Below, one piece after another: positions 9,763 through 19,994 of a stretch of DNA of 64,000 nt. The position numbers and the translations under genes are program-made. Position 1 is the first letter of the stretch. The number at the start of each line of letters is the position of its first letter. The stretch lies in IMG/VR virus record IMGVR_UViG_3300017766_004071, positions 1 to 64,000 of that record; one strand, given 5' to 3'. Below the pieces are notes generated by a model. It searched no databases and was not told the origin of the DNA. It saw only the letters and a list, made by a program, of their open reading frames with translations. This DNA is from an uncultured virus (IMG/VR IMGVR_UViG_3300017766_004071) (taxonomy: Duplodnaviria > Heunggongvirae > Uroviricota > Caudoviricetes).

Positions 9763-10110
9763 TTAATCCCATTCCTCATCATAAATCCTGTCAACCTCAG
9801 ATTGAATATATTCACCATACTTTTTATTTATTAATGGATATATTTCACGAAAATATTTATCAAATTCATCTTCCTCCATATTAACATTCCAAATAAGAGG
9901 AATAGTGTCCCAAATTATTTTATATATAAGTCCTTCAGTTGCCTCAATAGGATTATCAAGAATCATTTTAGTGTTTCTTTTAATGTGACGTTCCAATGAT
10001 GATTTAATATCAATATATTGCATCCTCCTTCTTGACCAAGGACTCAACTGAGAATAGATATCCCAATCAGTTAATTCATTATATTGTTCTTCAGTTATTA
10101 TTATTTTCAT
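9763..10110 (-). CDS. Leader-tagged protein (MKIIITEEQ)
   Basis: Last gene of the minus-strand array. Confidence 0.8.
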   Translation of the reverse strand: MKIIITEEQYNELTDWDIYSQLSPWSRRRMQYIDIKSSLERHIKRNTKMILDNPIEATEGLIYKIIWDTIPLIWNVNMEEDEFDKYFREIYPLINKKYGEYIQSEVDRIYDEEWD

Positions 10111-10862
10111 ATATATAAATTACCATTTACTCCAAATTTATTTTTAATTTCATCTTTACTCATCTTTGATTTTAACCTTCCCCCAAGTGGAGTCTTATTT
10201 AACGTCAAATCACCACCAACAGATTTTAATTCACCCAAACTTTCAATAGGGGTACGTTCTAAAGCCAAACCACCACCAACAGATTCTAATTCCCCCAAAC
10301 TTTCAATAGGGGTATCAGATAAATACAAATAACCACCAACAGATTTTAATTCACCCAAACTTTCAATAGAGGTCATTTGTAAATCTAAATAACTACCAAC
10401 AGATTTAAGTTTACCCAAACTTTTAATAGGTGCTTTCCATAATACGAACCAATCACCAACAGAAGTTAAATTCCCCAAATCTTCAATTTTGGAATGAGAT
10501 ACATCCAAATAACCACCAACTTCTTCCAAAGAACCCAAACTTTTAATTGATGTGTCATATAACATCAAATTACCACCAACATATTTAAGTTTACCCAAAC
10601 TTTCAATAGAGGTACGTCCTAAATCCAAATTTCCATCAATCTCAACTATGTGTTCAAATATTCTATCAAAATCCATATAGAACACTGAATTAAAATTAAC
10701 ATCACCAACTAACTTAATACCATCAAATCCTTTCTTCTTGTAGTTATCCAAAATAGCATCCACCTTATTATAAAATAATTCAGTAGGAATACTTAATAGT
10801 TTCTTCATATTCTCAGATTCAATAATCTGTTTCAATTGATTTTCACTTATTATTATTTTCAT
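10107..10862 (-). CDS. Leader-tagged LRR-like repeat protein
   Basis: About 8 repeats of 20 aa (IESLGELKSVGGxLxLxxTP); 60-nt periodicity visible in the DNA at about 10190-10630. Confidence 0.85.
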   Translation of the reverse strand: MKIIISENQLKQIIESENMKKLLSIPTELFYNKVDAILDNYKKKGFDGIKLVGDVNFNSVFYMDFDRIFEHIVEIDGNLDLGRTSIESLGKLKYVGGNLMLYDTSIKSLGSLEEVGGYLDVSHSKIEDLGNLTSVGDWFVLWKAPIKSLGKLKSVGSYLDLQMTSIESLGELKSVGGYLYLSDTPIESLGELESVGGGLALERTPIESLGELKSVGGDLTLNKTPLGGRLKSKMSKDEIKNKFGVNGNLYI

Positions 10863-11401
10863 AAATTATATTTCTCCTTAAATTGTTTAAGATGTCTCTT
10901 TATTGTTTTATATACTGTAGGTTTATATTCATTCTCAAACCAACTAATTAATTCATCAACATTCTTAAACTCAGTTGGACTCTTCATCTCTTTAAGATAA
11001 CCATCAATATCAAAATAATCGTTATCATCCACCATAAATCCTATAGTTTCAATAGGAGTTGAATCGTTATTGGTATAATAAGGGGTGGCATAAGTATTTG
11101 TATAATATTTGTCATCAAAATTACATCGCCAAGCAATTGTACCCTCCGAATAATCATAATCCAATTCACATCCATTATATACATCATTGATATCAACCAA
11201 ATCTTTTAATAATTGACCAACAACAGCTTCATTATGTTTAAAAAATGTATCACCCTTTATAGGAATATTAGTTAATTGTGCCAACCTCATACTATTAATA
11301 CCCAATATATTAACAGCATCCGAAAATCCATACTTATTAATTGCATCCAACATCTTCTGTTGATACTTATCAAATTGTTCTTCACTAATTATTATTCTCA
11401 T
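10859..11401 (-). CDS. Leader-tagged protein, paralog of 12225 and 12788
   Basis: MRIIISEEQ; shared C-terminal WFENEYxPxxYxxI. Confidence 0.8.
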   Translation of the reverse strand: MRIIISEEQFDKYQQKMLDAINKYGFSDAVNILGINSMRLAQLTNIPIKGDTFFKHNEAVVGQLLKDLVDINDVYNGCELDYDYSEGTIAWRCNFDDKYYTNTYATPYYTNNDSTPIETIGFMVDDNDYFDIDGYLKEMKSPTEFKNVDELISWFENEYKPTVYKTIKRHLKQFKEKYNL

Positions 11402-11402
11402 A

Positions 11403-11765
11403 TTACCAATCAGTCATTTTATTGTTTATTGTTAAGTTACCCAAACTAAGTTTTAATTTAATCATTAAATCATTTTTAATACTCCAAACAATTTCCTTTA
11501 ATATTATATCAATAGTATCCCACTTATCAAAAGGAATGTCATTGTCAAGAATAACCTCAACCTCAATATCAAATTTAAGTTCTGGTACTTTCAAAACATC
11601 AATACTCATAACTTTAATTCCATCAACATTGCCAATGTTTTCAGAAAATAATTTGGTATAATCTTTTGGATTAGCTTCAGCGTCCATCTTTAAATAGCTC
11701 AAAGTCTCATCCAATTTTTTCTGAATCGACTTTTCAAATTTGCTCTCACTAATTATTATTTTCAT
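11403..11765 (-). CDS. Leader-tagged protein
   Basis: MKIIISESKFE. Confidence 0.8.
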   Translation of the reverse strand: MKIIISESKFEKSIQKKLDETLSYLKMDAEANPKDYTKLFSENIGNVDGIKVMSIDVLKVPELKFDIEVEVILDNDIPFDKWDTIDIILKEIVWSIKNDLMIKLKLSLGNLTINNKMTDW

Positions 11766-11766
11766 A

Positions 11767-12225
11767 TTATAATCCTGTTTTAATTATTCTATCTCTATCC
11801 ACATCAACCATTTCCGCTATTTCATCCTTACTAAATTTAGAAAGGGGTGTACTGGTAATAACCAAGTTCAACCCAACATATTCCAAATTACCAAATGATT
11901 CCAACTTTTTGCAACGAATTAACACCAATGAACCTGTAACCCTTTTCAATTTACCCAATGACTCAATATCTTTATCTTGCAAATTAATAAATCCATCAAC
12001 CTCAACCACCTCTCCAAGTATCTTATTTATTACATCTTCAGGTAATTTATCCAGATGCAAACTACCCTCAACTCTAATCCCATCATAATCTTTTTTATTC
12101 TTATAGTTATCCAATATCGAATCAGTATAGTCCATCAAAAACCCAACAGGAATAGAAAATAAATTATCCTTACTTTCAGATTCAATAATCAATCTTAATT
12201 GTTCCTCATTAATTATTATTCTCAT
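11767..12225 (-). CDS. Leader-tagged LRR-like protein
   Basis: IESLGKLKRVTGSL and LESFGNLEYVG repeats. Confidence 0.8.
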   Translation of the reverse strand: MRIIINEEQLRLIIESESKDNLFSIPVGFLMDYTDSILDNYKNKKDYDGIRVEGSLHLDKLPEDVINKILGEVVEVDGFINLQDKDIESLGKLKRVTGSLVLIRCKKLESFGNLEYVGLNLVITSTPLSKFSKDEIAEMVDVDRDRIIKTGL

Positions 12226-12791
12226 TAGATTTTATTCTTTAGTTTTAATTGTTTAATTATTTCAAACGCTTGTTTTTCGATTATCTTATATGTTTTTGGA
12301 AAATACTCATTCTCATACCATTTAACCATATCATCCCAACTATCAAATTTGGTGGGAATTTCATAATTAATTGTCTCTACATCATAATCAATTTTATTAT
12401 TAAAATCACTTATCTCTAAATTATTATCAACCCAACAATGAGCATTCTCAACATATATTTTACCAATAGGAAACTCAGGAAAAGCCATTGTAATACAATT
12501 TATTTGATAATTACCTACTTGTTCATTATATACCCAATAAACACCATAATCATCATCCTTATACCAATCAACCACAATCTCACAACCCTTATATTCCTTC
12601 TTTATATCAACCAATACTGGAAATAAGTCAAATAACGTTATTCCACTAATATCATAGTCAATCATTCCCAATAACTTAATTTCTGATACCCCCAACATCT
12701 CAGCAGTATTCAAAAATCCCATCTTATCTATAAGACCCATCAATTTAGATTTCATCTTATCCAATTGTTCTTCACTAATTATTACTTTCAT
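12225..12791 (-). CDS. Leader-tagged protein
   Basis: MKVIISEEQLDKMKSKLMGL; paralog of 12788. Confidence 0.85.
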   Translation of the reverse strand: MKVIISEEQLDKMKSKLMGLIDKMGFLNTAEMLGVSEIKLLGMIDYDISGITLFDLFPVLVDIKKEYKGCEIVVDWYKDDDYGVYWVYNEQVGNYQINCITMAFPEFPIGKIYVENAHCWVDNNLEISDFNNKIDYDVETINYEIPTKFDSWDDMVKWYENEYFPKTYKIIEKQAFEIIKQLKLKNKI

Positions 12792-13336
12792 ATTTGTGTA
12801 CCTATCTCTTTAGCTTGTCTTTTTATTATCTCATATGTCTTCGGAAGATATTCATTATTATACCAATTCATCATTTCATCAATACTACCAAATTCGGTGG
12901 GAATATCATAACTAATCGTTTTAACCTTATAATCAAGTCCATTATTGTAACTCTGAAAATTAATAATACCACCTTCCACAAATGAATGACTATTATCCAC
13001 ATATACCATACCTTCATCAAAATCAGGTGTCGCAATAGATACAACAAATAACTTACCACCATCAATATCCATTTCATACAACCAATCAATACGATAACCC
13101 TCCTCAAAATAATCAACTGTAATCTCACATCCCTTATATACATTATTCTCCTCAACCATAATGGGAAATAAATTATAAATACCCAATTCCTCAATACCAT
13201 AATCAACCAACTTAAATAACTTAAGTTTAGATATACCCAACATCTTAGCAGTACCATCAAATCCCTCCTTATTAACCAAACCCATTAATTTGGATTTCAT
13301 CTTATCCAATTGTTCCTCACTAATTATTATTTTCAT
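12788..13336 (-). CDS. Leader-tagged protein
   Basis: MKIIISEEQLDKMKSKLMGL. Confidence 0.85.
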   Translation of the reverse strand: MKIIISEEQLDKMKSKLMGLVNKEGFDGTAKMLGISKLKLFKLVDYGIEELGIYNLFPIMVEENNVYKGCEITVDYFEEGYRIDWLYEMDIDGGKLFVVSIATPDFDEGMVYVDNSHSFVEGGIINFQSYNNGLDYKVKTISYDIPTEFGSIDEMMNWYNNEYLPKTYEIIKRQAKEIGTQI

Positions 13337-13337
13337 A

Positions 13338-13778
13338 TTATCTATATATTTTTCCTTTTATCTCTATCTGACTTTTAATCTCCTCATCACTTAATTTAGC
13401 GAGGGGACAACTATCGATAAATAAATTCTCACCAACATATTTTAATTTACCTAATGATTTTATTTTTCTACAATGAGCAAGATATAAATTACCACCGACA
13501 TACTCCAAATTACCCAATGATTTAATATTGGTATAGTTCAAATCCAAATAATCCCCAACCTCAACTACATTATCAAATATTATATCAAAATCCGTGTATT
13601 CTTTGTTATAACTTAGACCCCCAAGTACTTTAATACCATCAAACCCCTTCTTCTTATAGTTATTCAAAATTTCATAAGCCTTATTATAAAATAAGTTACC
13701 TGGAACATTTAATAACTTCCTTTCATTCTCAGATTCAATAATCTGTCTTAATTGTTCTTCACTAATTATTACTTTCAT
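13338..13778 (-). CDS. Leader-tagged LRR-like protein
   Basis: IKSLGNLEYVGGNL repeats; NYKKKGFDGI cap. Confidence 0.85.
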   Translation of the reverse strand: MKVIISEEQLRQIIESENERKLLNVPGNLFYNKAYEILNNYKKKGFDGIKVLGGLSYNKEYTDFDIIFDNVVEVGDYLDLNYTNIKSLGNLEYVGGNLYLAHCRKIKSLGKLKYVGENLFIDSCPLAKLSDEEIKSQIEIKGKIYR

Positions 13779-13779
13779 A

Positions 13780-14283
13780 TTAACCTCTATATATTTTTCT
13801 TTTTATTTCTACCTGACTTCTAATCTCCTCATCACTTAATTTAGCGAGGGGACAATCTTCAATATATAAAGTTCCCCTAACTTCTTTTAATTTACCCAAA
13901 GATGTAATTGGTACAAATCTTAAATTCAAAGCCCCAACTGAAATTAAATTACCCAAATCTGTTAATTTTGTACATTTAATTAAATCCAAATAACCTTTAA
14001 CTTCTTCTAATTTACCCAATGATGTTATTTGCGAATTTTGTAAACTCAAATAACCCTCAACTTTAACAATATTATCTAATAGATTTTCAATTAAGTTCAA
14101 ATCAGATTCACTCAAATCCAACTCACCCTCAACTATAATCCCATCAAACCCTTTCTTCTTGTAATTGTTTAGTATAGCATTAGTGTGATTTATTAAAAAA
14201 TCCACAGGGACTCTAAATAATTTTCTTTTATCCTCAGATTCAATAATCAATCTTAATTGTTCCTCACTAATTATTACTTTCAT
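13780..14283 (-). CDS. Leader-tagged LRR-like protein
   Basis: ITSLGKLEEVKGYL repeats; C-cap CPLAKLSDEEI shared with 13338. Confidence 0.85.
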   Translation of the reverse strand: MKVIISEEQLRLIIESEDKRKLFRVPVDFLINHTNAILNNYKKKGFDGIIVEGELDLSESDLNLIENLLDNIVKVEGYLSLQNSQITSLGKLEEVKGYLDLIKCTKLTDLGNLISVGALNLRFVPITSLGKLKEVRGTLYIEDCPLAKLSDEEIRSQVEIKRKIYRG

Positions 14284-14292
14284 AACTCAATT

Positions 14293-14700
14293 TCATTTTA
14301 AATTTTTAATTAATTTACTTTCTAAAAAGTCTACGATATTTTTTATATCTTTTACAGAATAAAATTCACCTATCAATTGATTATCAGCATATAAAAGATA
14401 AGTTTTTCGCTTATTTTTAATCAAACCTTCTACAATTTTTAATGTTACACCATTGATAGTTTTTTCAGCAAGCGGATTATCAATATTAAAAATATTTCTT
14501 CTTATATCATTATCTTCTTTTCCGAATTTAAGTTCATCTGAATAGTTACTTACTATTTCATTTTCCAATTCTTTAGCTTGTCTCTTGTTTAAGAACCTTC
14601 CTTCAATTCCTGTAGAATCCAGCAATGAATTATTTTTTAAGATTTCTAAATAGTTCTCCAAAAGAAGTTTATACTGATTCTCATTAATTATTATTTTCAT
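14293..14700 (-). CDS. Leader-tagged protein
   Basis: MKIIINENQYKLLLE. Confidence 0.8.
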   Translation of the reverse strand: MKIIINENQYKLLLENYLEILKNNSLLDSTGIEGRFLNKRQAKELENEIVSNYSDELKFGKEDNDIRRNIFNIDNPLAEKTINGVTLKIVEGLIKNKRKTYLLYADNQLIGEFYSVKDIKNIVDFLESKLIKNLK

Positions 14701-14701
14701 A

Positions 14702-15262
14702 TTAACCTCTATTTATTTTTTTCCAAACCTGTGGGTTTGTTTCCCTTAGTTTATCATAATCTTTCACTAGTGGACTACCTGATATAGACAATACACCACC
14801 AACATATTTTAATTTTGGTAACTCACTTATCTCAGTATTTTCCATCGCAAATCCACCACCAACATATTCCAACTCAGGCAACCTATCAATCTTAGTATTA
14901 TTAATATTCAAATAACTTTCCACATATTTCAAATTACTCAAATCACTAATCTCACTATTCCTTAAATGTAAAAAACCATTCACCCTAACCAAATACTCAA
15001 ATCCAAATGGCCTGTCTTCCTCATAGTCAAAATTAAAATCATCAATTTAATCATCCATATTGTATTTTCTTAAATCAAGGTTACCATCAATATAATACCC
15101 ATCATAGTTACCCCCATTCTTCTTATTCATAAACAAAAAGTAACTATCCCATTTATTATATGGTAATCCAATTTTAGGTATTTTAGTGAAATCCATTAAA
15201 TTACCCCCACCCTCATTTTCAATAATCAATCTTAATTGTTCTTCAGTTATTATTATTTTCAT
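14702..15262 (-). pseudogene. Leader-tagged LRR-like gene interrupted by one in-frame TAA
   Basis: Track ORFs 15047..15262 and 14702..14992 are in the same frame: ..NMDD*IDDFNFDYEEDRPFGFEYLVRVNG..; the join restores the paralog architecture. Confidence 0.75.
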
Positions 15263-15289
15263 ATTATATTTCTTTTATCATATAAATAC

Positions 15290-15402
15290 AATAATGGGGA
15301 ATTAAATTACTCACTCCCATTTCATTTCCCCCACCTTCAGTGGGTGAACCGCTCCACTCCGTTCCACTATTCATTCCGCTCATAATCCAATTCCCCATTA
15401 TT
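15290..15402. repeat. 14-bp inverted repeat enclosing a degenerate pentamer repeat
   Basis: AATAATGGGGAATT / AATTCCCCATTATT flank TCACT-CCCAT-TTCAT..CCGCT-CCACT-CCGTT-CCACT. Confidence 0.65.
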
Positions 15403-16437
15403 ATTTGGTAATCCTTTATATAACCCTCACATTTCCTCACCACAACACTTTCTCATACGTCTCCGACTCCATATATGGTAAGTGTAATTAAATCCTCCAC
15501 AATCGTAATTTATCATCAATATCAACGATATATTAGACTATCGTCTATTTCAATGATATTTTATGGTAAATTATTACAAGGGTTATTATCAATGGATTTC
15601 ATTATGCCCAATTATATGAACACTATAAGACTCATTTGTATAATCATTTAAACATTATCATATCCATCAAAGATGGGGTTGAAGTATTCATATTATACTC
15701 TATATTAGTCCTATTCCTAAGACACTATGTGTCCCACCCAACCCTCAAAGATAACAAACTTTTTTCTCTGAGAAATGTATATAGTAAAAAAAATACCTCT
15801 AATGATACCTCCAGACACAAAAAATTACGTTTTAGCTATCATTAACACTATTTATTGGTGGATAATTGTGGGAAGAAGTGGGAAATCATTTGTTTAAAAG
15901 TGGGTAAAGGGATTGTCCCCTCCACCTGACACAATGACATTTCCAAATTTTTTAACAATTTTAACATAAAAATTAACGACTGACATAGTGTCAGACCCAA
16001 ATATACTAAATTATGAACCAGTTTTTAACCAACATCCCCACCACAATATCTCAAATAAACGAAAGATATGTGGTGACATATTGTCAGGATGATATAAGTG
16101 GGACTTGTATATACACAATATACACCTCCAAGTTACAACCCAAACCAATATACGTGTTATCTTATTGTAATATGAATGACATCATATCTGACATAAACAA
16201 AAAATCCCCACTCACCGAGGGGGACTTCTTTAATCTTCAATTCGAAATACGAACTGACTCTCTAAATAAACTAACTACTCACCTGTCATCAGGGTCTATA
16301 TCCGATATATGAGACCTCCACATATCAGCAAACCAAGATTGGGGATACTTGTTACTAATAAGTTCCCCAGTGTAGAGGAATAAAGCAACCCCTCCAACAA
16401 TAACCAATACCCAAGCAATAATATACAACATAATAAT

Positions 16438-16836
16438 CTATTTTAGTTCCCTACGAAGATAGTTCAATACCTTCCTATTGTAAACCTTCTCATTACCATA
16501 AGCCTCAATCTCCATTGGGTGGTTCTCATACCCAAACTTCTTATATAGTTTAGTATATGACTTACTAATATCCTGGACAGAGTGGGTATACTCGTGGATA
16601 ATAGTTCTAGTTAAATCACTAACAGTCTTAATGTTATTCATATACACATAGATGTGGTGGGTGTCAGGGTCATACATTCCCCAATCATCACACTCAATAT
16701 ATGATAAAGTTATCCCACTGATACCCAATGTCTTTCTATACCCAAGAGCATTAACACAATACTCCATAACCTTATCCTTAATCTTATTAACCTTGTACTT
16801 GGTCATCCCTTCAAGTCTATCATTAGCGTATATCAT
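16438..16836 (-). CDS. Zn-metallopeptidase-like protein (HExxH)
   Basis: WGMY..IIHEYTHSVQ..HPMEIEA. Confidence 0.75.
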   Translation of the reverse strand: MIYANDRLEGMTKYKVNKIKDKVMEYCVNALGYRKTLGISGITLSYIECDDWGMYDPDTHHIYVYMNNIKTVSDLTRTIIHEYTHSVQDISKSYTKLYKKFGYENHPMEIEAYGNEKVYNRKVLNYLRRELK

Positions 16837-16914
16837 ATCAGTTGTATTATAGGTGGGTGAATAATCATTACAATAATATAACGATTCACCACACCATTTA
16901 GTTCCCCAATGGTA

Positions 16915-17286
16915 TTATTTGTAAGTAAACTTATTCAACTTAATATTAACATTATCACATAACCTAGTACTAACATCTCTATAAAAGTAAGTGGAGAAGA
17001 TACAACCAAACCATCTATTCAAATCTTCCCTAACTACCATCCTTACATCATTATACATCCAATTACTCCTTCTATATGTATGAAAGATATTACCCATACT
17101 ATTGGGGTTGTATGCGTTACTACAATTAATAATCTTTATATTCAAGTCAATACACTTGAATGAATGTCCAGCAACTGTCTTAACCTCTCTAGTATTAACA
17201 TTAACCTTATAGGTAATGGTGAACCCACAACCAATCGCATCATATGTCTTACCCTTGAAGTATTTCTTAACAACGTTCTCAATCAT
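16915..17286 (-). CDS. Hypothetical protein
   Basis: ORF track 16915..17310; likely start at MIENVV. Confidence 0.6.
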   Translation of the reverse strand: MIENVVKKYFKGKTYDAIGCGFTITYKVNVNTREVKTVAGHSFKCIDLNIKIINCSNAYNPNSMGNIFHTYRRSNWMYNDVRMVVREDLNRWFGCIFSTYFYRDVSTRLCDNVNIKLNKFTYK

Positions 17287-17360
17287 ATAAGGAATTATTT
17301 TGTTACACAAAGATAATCATTCCCCATCACACCACCAAACATTTATTAATCTTTTTATTC

Positions 17361-17705
17361 TGTCATAATGTCAGTTGGGGATGTATACAATCCATAACAT
17401 ATACGAAGGTGTTCCCCATGTCATATTGTCAGTCCCCCATATACGTAATACATCTAATCCCTCCTTTGTCATTCTGTCAGTCCCCCATATATACAATCCA
17501 TAACATATACGAAGGAGGGAGGACTATGTCAAAATGTCATAGGGTTTAATTTGACACAGGGAGGGAGCTATTACTTTTTTGACTTTGAACCTTGAAAATA
17601 GGGGGATGCTCCCCCCTGTAGTCCCATATTACCTTATAGACCCCTCCCCTCCTACGTATCCCCCCTTGCTCCCTCCCCTGTTTTCTTCGTATATAGGGGG
17701 GACAA
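17361..17705. repeat. Iteron-like repeat cluster, candidate replication origin
   Basis: 26-bp direct repeat TATACAATCCATAACATATACGAAGG at 17384 and 17490, four TGTCA-N3-TGTCA boxes, G/C homopolymer tracts, A/T-rich flank. Confidence 0.55.
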
Positions 17706-17906
17706 TCCCCTAAATAAAGTATATGGGGTAAAAAAAATTTATGGTAAAAATTTTGGAAAATTGGGAAATACCCATATATGAAAAAAAATTTTGGGTAAAA
17801 AGTAAGTCACCCCTTATATAAGTGAAAATGTAAAAAAAAATTTCTGGAGAAAAATTACAAATTTTAGAAAAAAAACAATAAAATGTTTTTTGTGATATTT
17901 ATATAT

Positions 17907-18383
17907 ATGGGAAGAAATATAAATGAACATTGTTGTATAATATGTGGGGAAAAAACTCCATCATTATTTTATTCAAGCAGAAAAAACAAGTGTAAAACTT
18001 GTTTGTCGTTAAATTACAAAAATAATATAGATAAAGAGGAATATATTGAAAAACAGAAAAAGTGGAGAGGAAATAATTTGATACATTATAGGGTTGAGAG
18101 TGCAAAACATAGAGCTAAAAGAAATAACTTGGATTTTCAACTGACAGATAAGATTATTGAGGACAAACTCAAGGAACAAAATAATTTATGTTATATATCA
18201 AAACAACCATTATCATACAAAGAGAATGATTGGAATTCAATTTCATTAGATAGGTTGGATAGTGAGTTGGGATATACAATTGAGAATACTATTATTGTAA
18301 CTAAATTTGTTAATAATTCCAAAAATAATTTATCATTGGATGAGTATATTAAATTAATTAAATTGGTTTGTGATAATTTGTAA
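17907..18383 (+). CDS. HNH-like / Cys-rich phage endonuclease
   Basis: CxxC..CKTC, AKHRAKR, LCY..SLDRLDSELGYTIEN..N..K. Confidence 0.7.
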   Translation: MGRNINEHCCIICGEKTPSLFYSSRKNKCKTCLSLNYKNNIDKEEYIEKQKKWRGNNLIHYRVESAKHRAKRNNLDFQLTDKIIEDKLKEQNNLCYISKQPLSYKENDWNSISLDRLDSELGYTIENTIIVTKFVNNSKNNLSLDEYIKLIKLVCDNL

Positions 18384-18459
18384 AAACATTTTCTCGTTAT
18401 ACTCGATATCAAACCCCAACCCCTTTTTAAATTGATATATTTATATTAAAAATTAGATA

Positions 18460-18888
18460 ATGAAAAGAATTATAAGATTAACTGAGGGTGAATTGGTTAA
18501 ATTGGTTGATAAGTTAATATATGAGATTAAGGAAGATGGGGTTAGGGAGCGATTGAAATATCTATTGAATGAGTTAAAGGGGTATGGTTTAGAGGATGGG
18601 GATTATGCCATATTTGGTTCTGCACCATTAGTTGTTAAGGGGTTGTTGGATGATGTGAATGATTTGGATGTGATAATAAAACCATCAAAATGGATATTTG
18701 GGGATAATGATGAATATAGGACTGAAGATATTGAATTTTTTAATAATTGGGCAGGATTTGACATTGATGATTTGATTGATAATAAATCATTTGAATACAA
18801 TGGGTTTAGATTTGTAAATGTTGATGAGGTTATAAGGTATAAAAAAATGCTTAAAAGAAATAAAGATAAAAAATTTTGGGATAAATAA
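18460..18888 (+). CDS. Leader-tagged nucleotidyltransferase-fold protein
   Basis: MKRIIRLTEGEL leader; FGSAPL..NDLDV resembles the pol-beta GS..DxD motif. Confidence 0.6.
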   Translation: MKRIIRLTEGELVKLVDKLIYEIKEDGVRERLKYLLNELKGYGLEDGDYAIFGSAPLVVKGLLDDVNDLDVIIKPSKWIFGDNDEYRTEDIEFFNNWAGFDIDDLIDNKSFEYNGFRFVNVDEVIRYKKMLKRNKDKKFWDK

Positions 18889-18957
18889 ATTCTCCCTTCG
18901 GTCGTAATCAATCCCCAACCCCTTTTTAAATTGATATATTTATATTAAAATTAATTT

Positions 18958-19839
18958 ATGAAAATTATTATTAGTGAACAACAACTTCAGAGAATTATTA
19001 AGGAGTTTTATAAGAAAAAACCAAAAGTTAGAAGTATTGGTAAAGGATTATGGGATTATGGTAAAACAGTAAAAGAGTTAATTATTCAAGAATTACAAGT
19101 ATTTCTTTCAAAAAAACGAACAAGTAATTATTCAATGAATAGTGAAATGTTTCTCCAGGATTATGTTGAATATATAAATGAAACAATAATTAGACTTTTT
19201 AATGAAGCTTATATAGAATTTGACGATGAAAATATTGAAAATATTATAAAAGAAAATTTGGCTAGTATTGAGGGTAAAAAAATAATTATGAAATACCCCA
19301 AAAAATTGGTTATATTCAGATATGATGAAAAAAGGACATATTCTAATTTTGAGCAATTAAAGGAAGCCATAGATTTCACGTCTAAAAAATTGGATACATA
19401 CATTAATGAAAATTTTCCTAATGATTTATATAATATGGCACCGACATATAGTGGTCAAGAAATAGAGGATGAATTGACACAAAAAATTTATGATTGGGAG
19501 CATACAAAAACTATACTTGAGAGATTATATAATGACTATATTGTTAGTGATTTGGTTGATGAACAATTATTTGAAAAATTAAAGGGTAAAAACTATATTG
19601 ATGAGATATTCAAAATTATGGATAAAGAGATGGAAAAAAATAATTATCAAATATTCCATAAAATAAAAGAAACTGACCTTAAATATTATTTTAATATGTT
19701 CTTGGAGAGTTACATTAAATATTATTCTAAACGTTTCAATAAAGAAGAACTAAGGTCGGACACAATAAATTTAAAGATAAATTTACCCCTTGAAATTTTA
19801 ATGAGTAAAATATTTAATATGATTTATAAAAATTTATAA
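18958..19839 (+). CDS. Leader-tagged protein
   Basis: MKIIISEQQLQRIIKE. Confidence 0.8.
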   Translation: MKIIISEQQLQRIIKEFYKKKPKVRSIGKGLWDYGKTVKELIIQELQVFLSKKRTSNYSMNSEMFLQDYVEYINETIIRLFNEAYIEFDDENIENIIKENLASIEGKKIIMKYPKKLVIFRYDEKRTYSNFEQLKEAIDFTSKKLDTYINENFPNDLYNMAPTYSGQEIEDELTQKIYDWEHTKTILERLYNDYIVSDLVDEQLFEKLKGKNYIDEIFKIMDKEMEKNNYQIFHKIKETDLKYYFNMFLESYIKYYSKRFNKEELRSDTINLKINLPLEILMSKIFNMIYKNL

Positions 19840-19994
19840 CTAAGATATTATTCCCCATTTCTTATATTAGGATTGGGGATATTTTTTTTCTCTCCCTTCG
19901 GTCGTAATAAATCCCCAACCCCTTTTTTGAAAAAAAATTTGAGAATTTGAAAATAATGTATTAATTTTACGGAATTAATTAATCAAATACATTT

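Noticed and set aside
10107..10862. Diversity-generating retroelement target
   Set aside because: No reverse transcriptase or template/variable repeat pair is visible in the window, and the variation is not evidently adenine-specific.
15856..15866. DnaA box (GGTGGATAA)
   Set aside because: A single one-mismatch site with no cluster; insufficient.
15636..16312. Plus-strand ORFs 15636..15845 and 16013..16312
   Set aside because: They lie in the repeat-rich non-coding hub, have atypical composition and overlap the TGWCA boxes; probably spurious.
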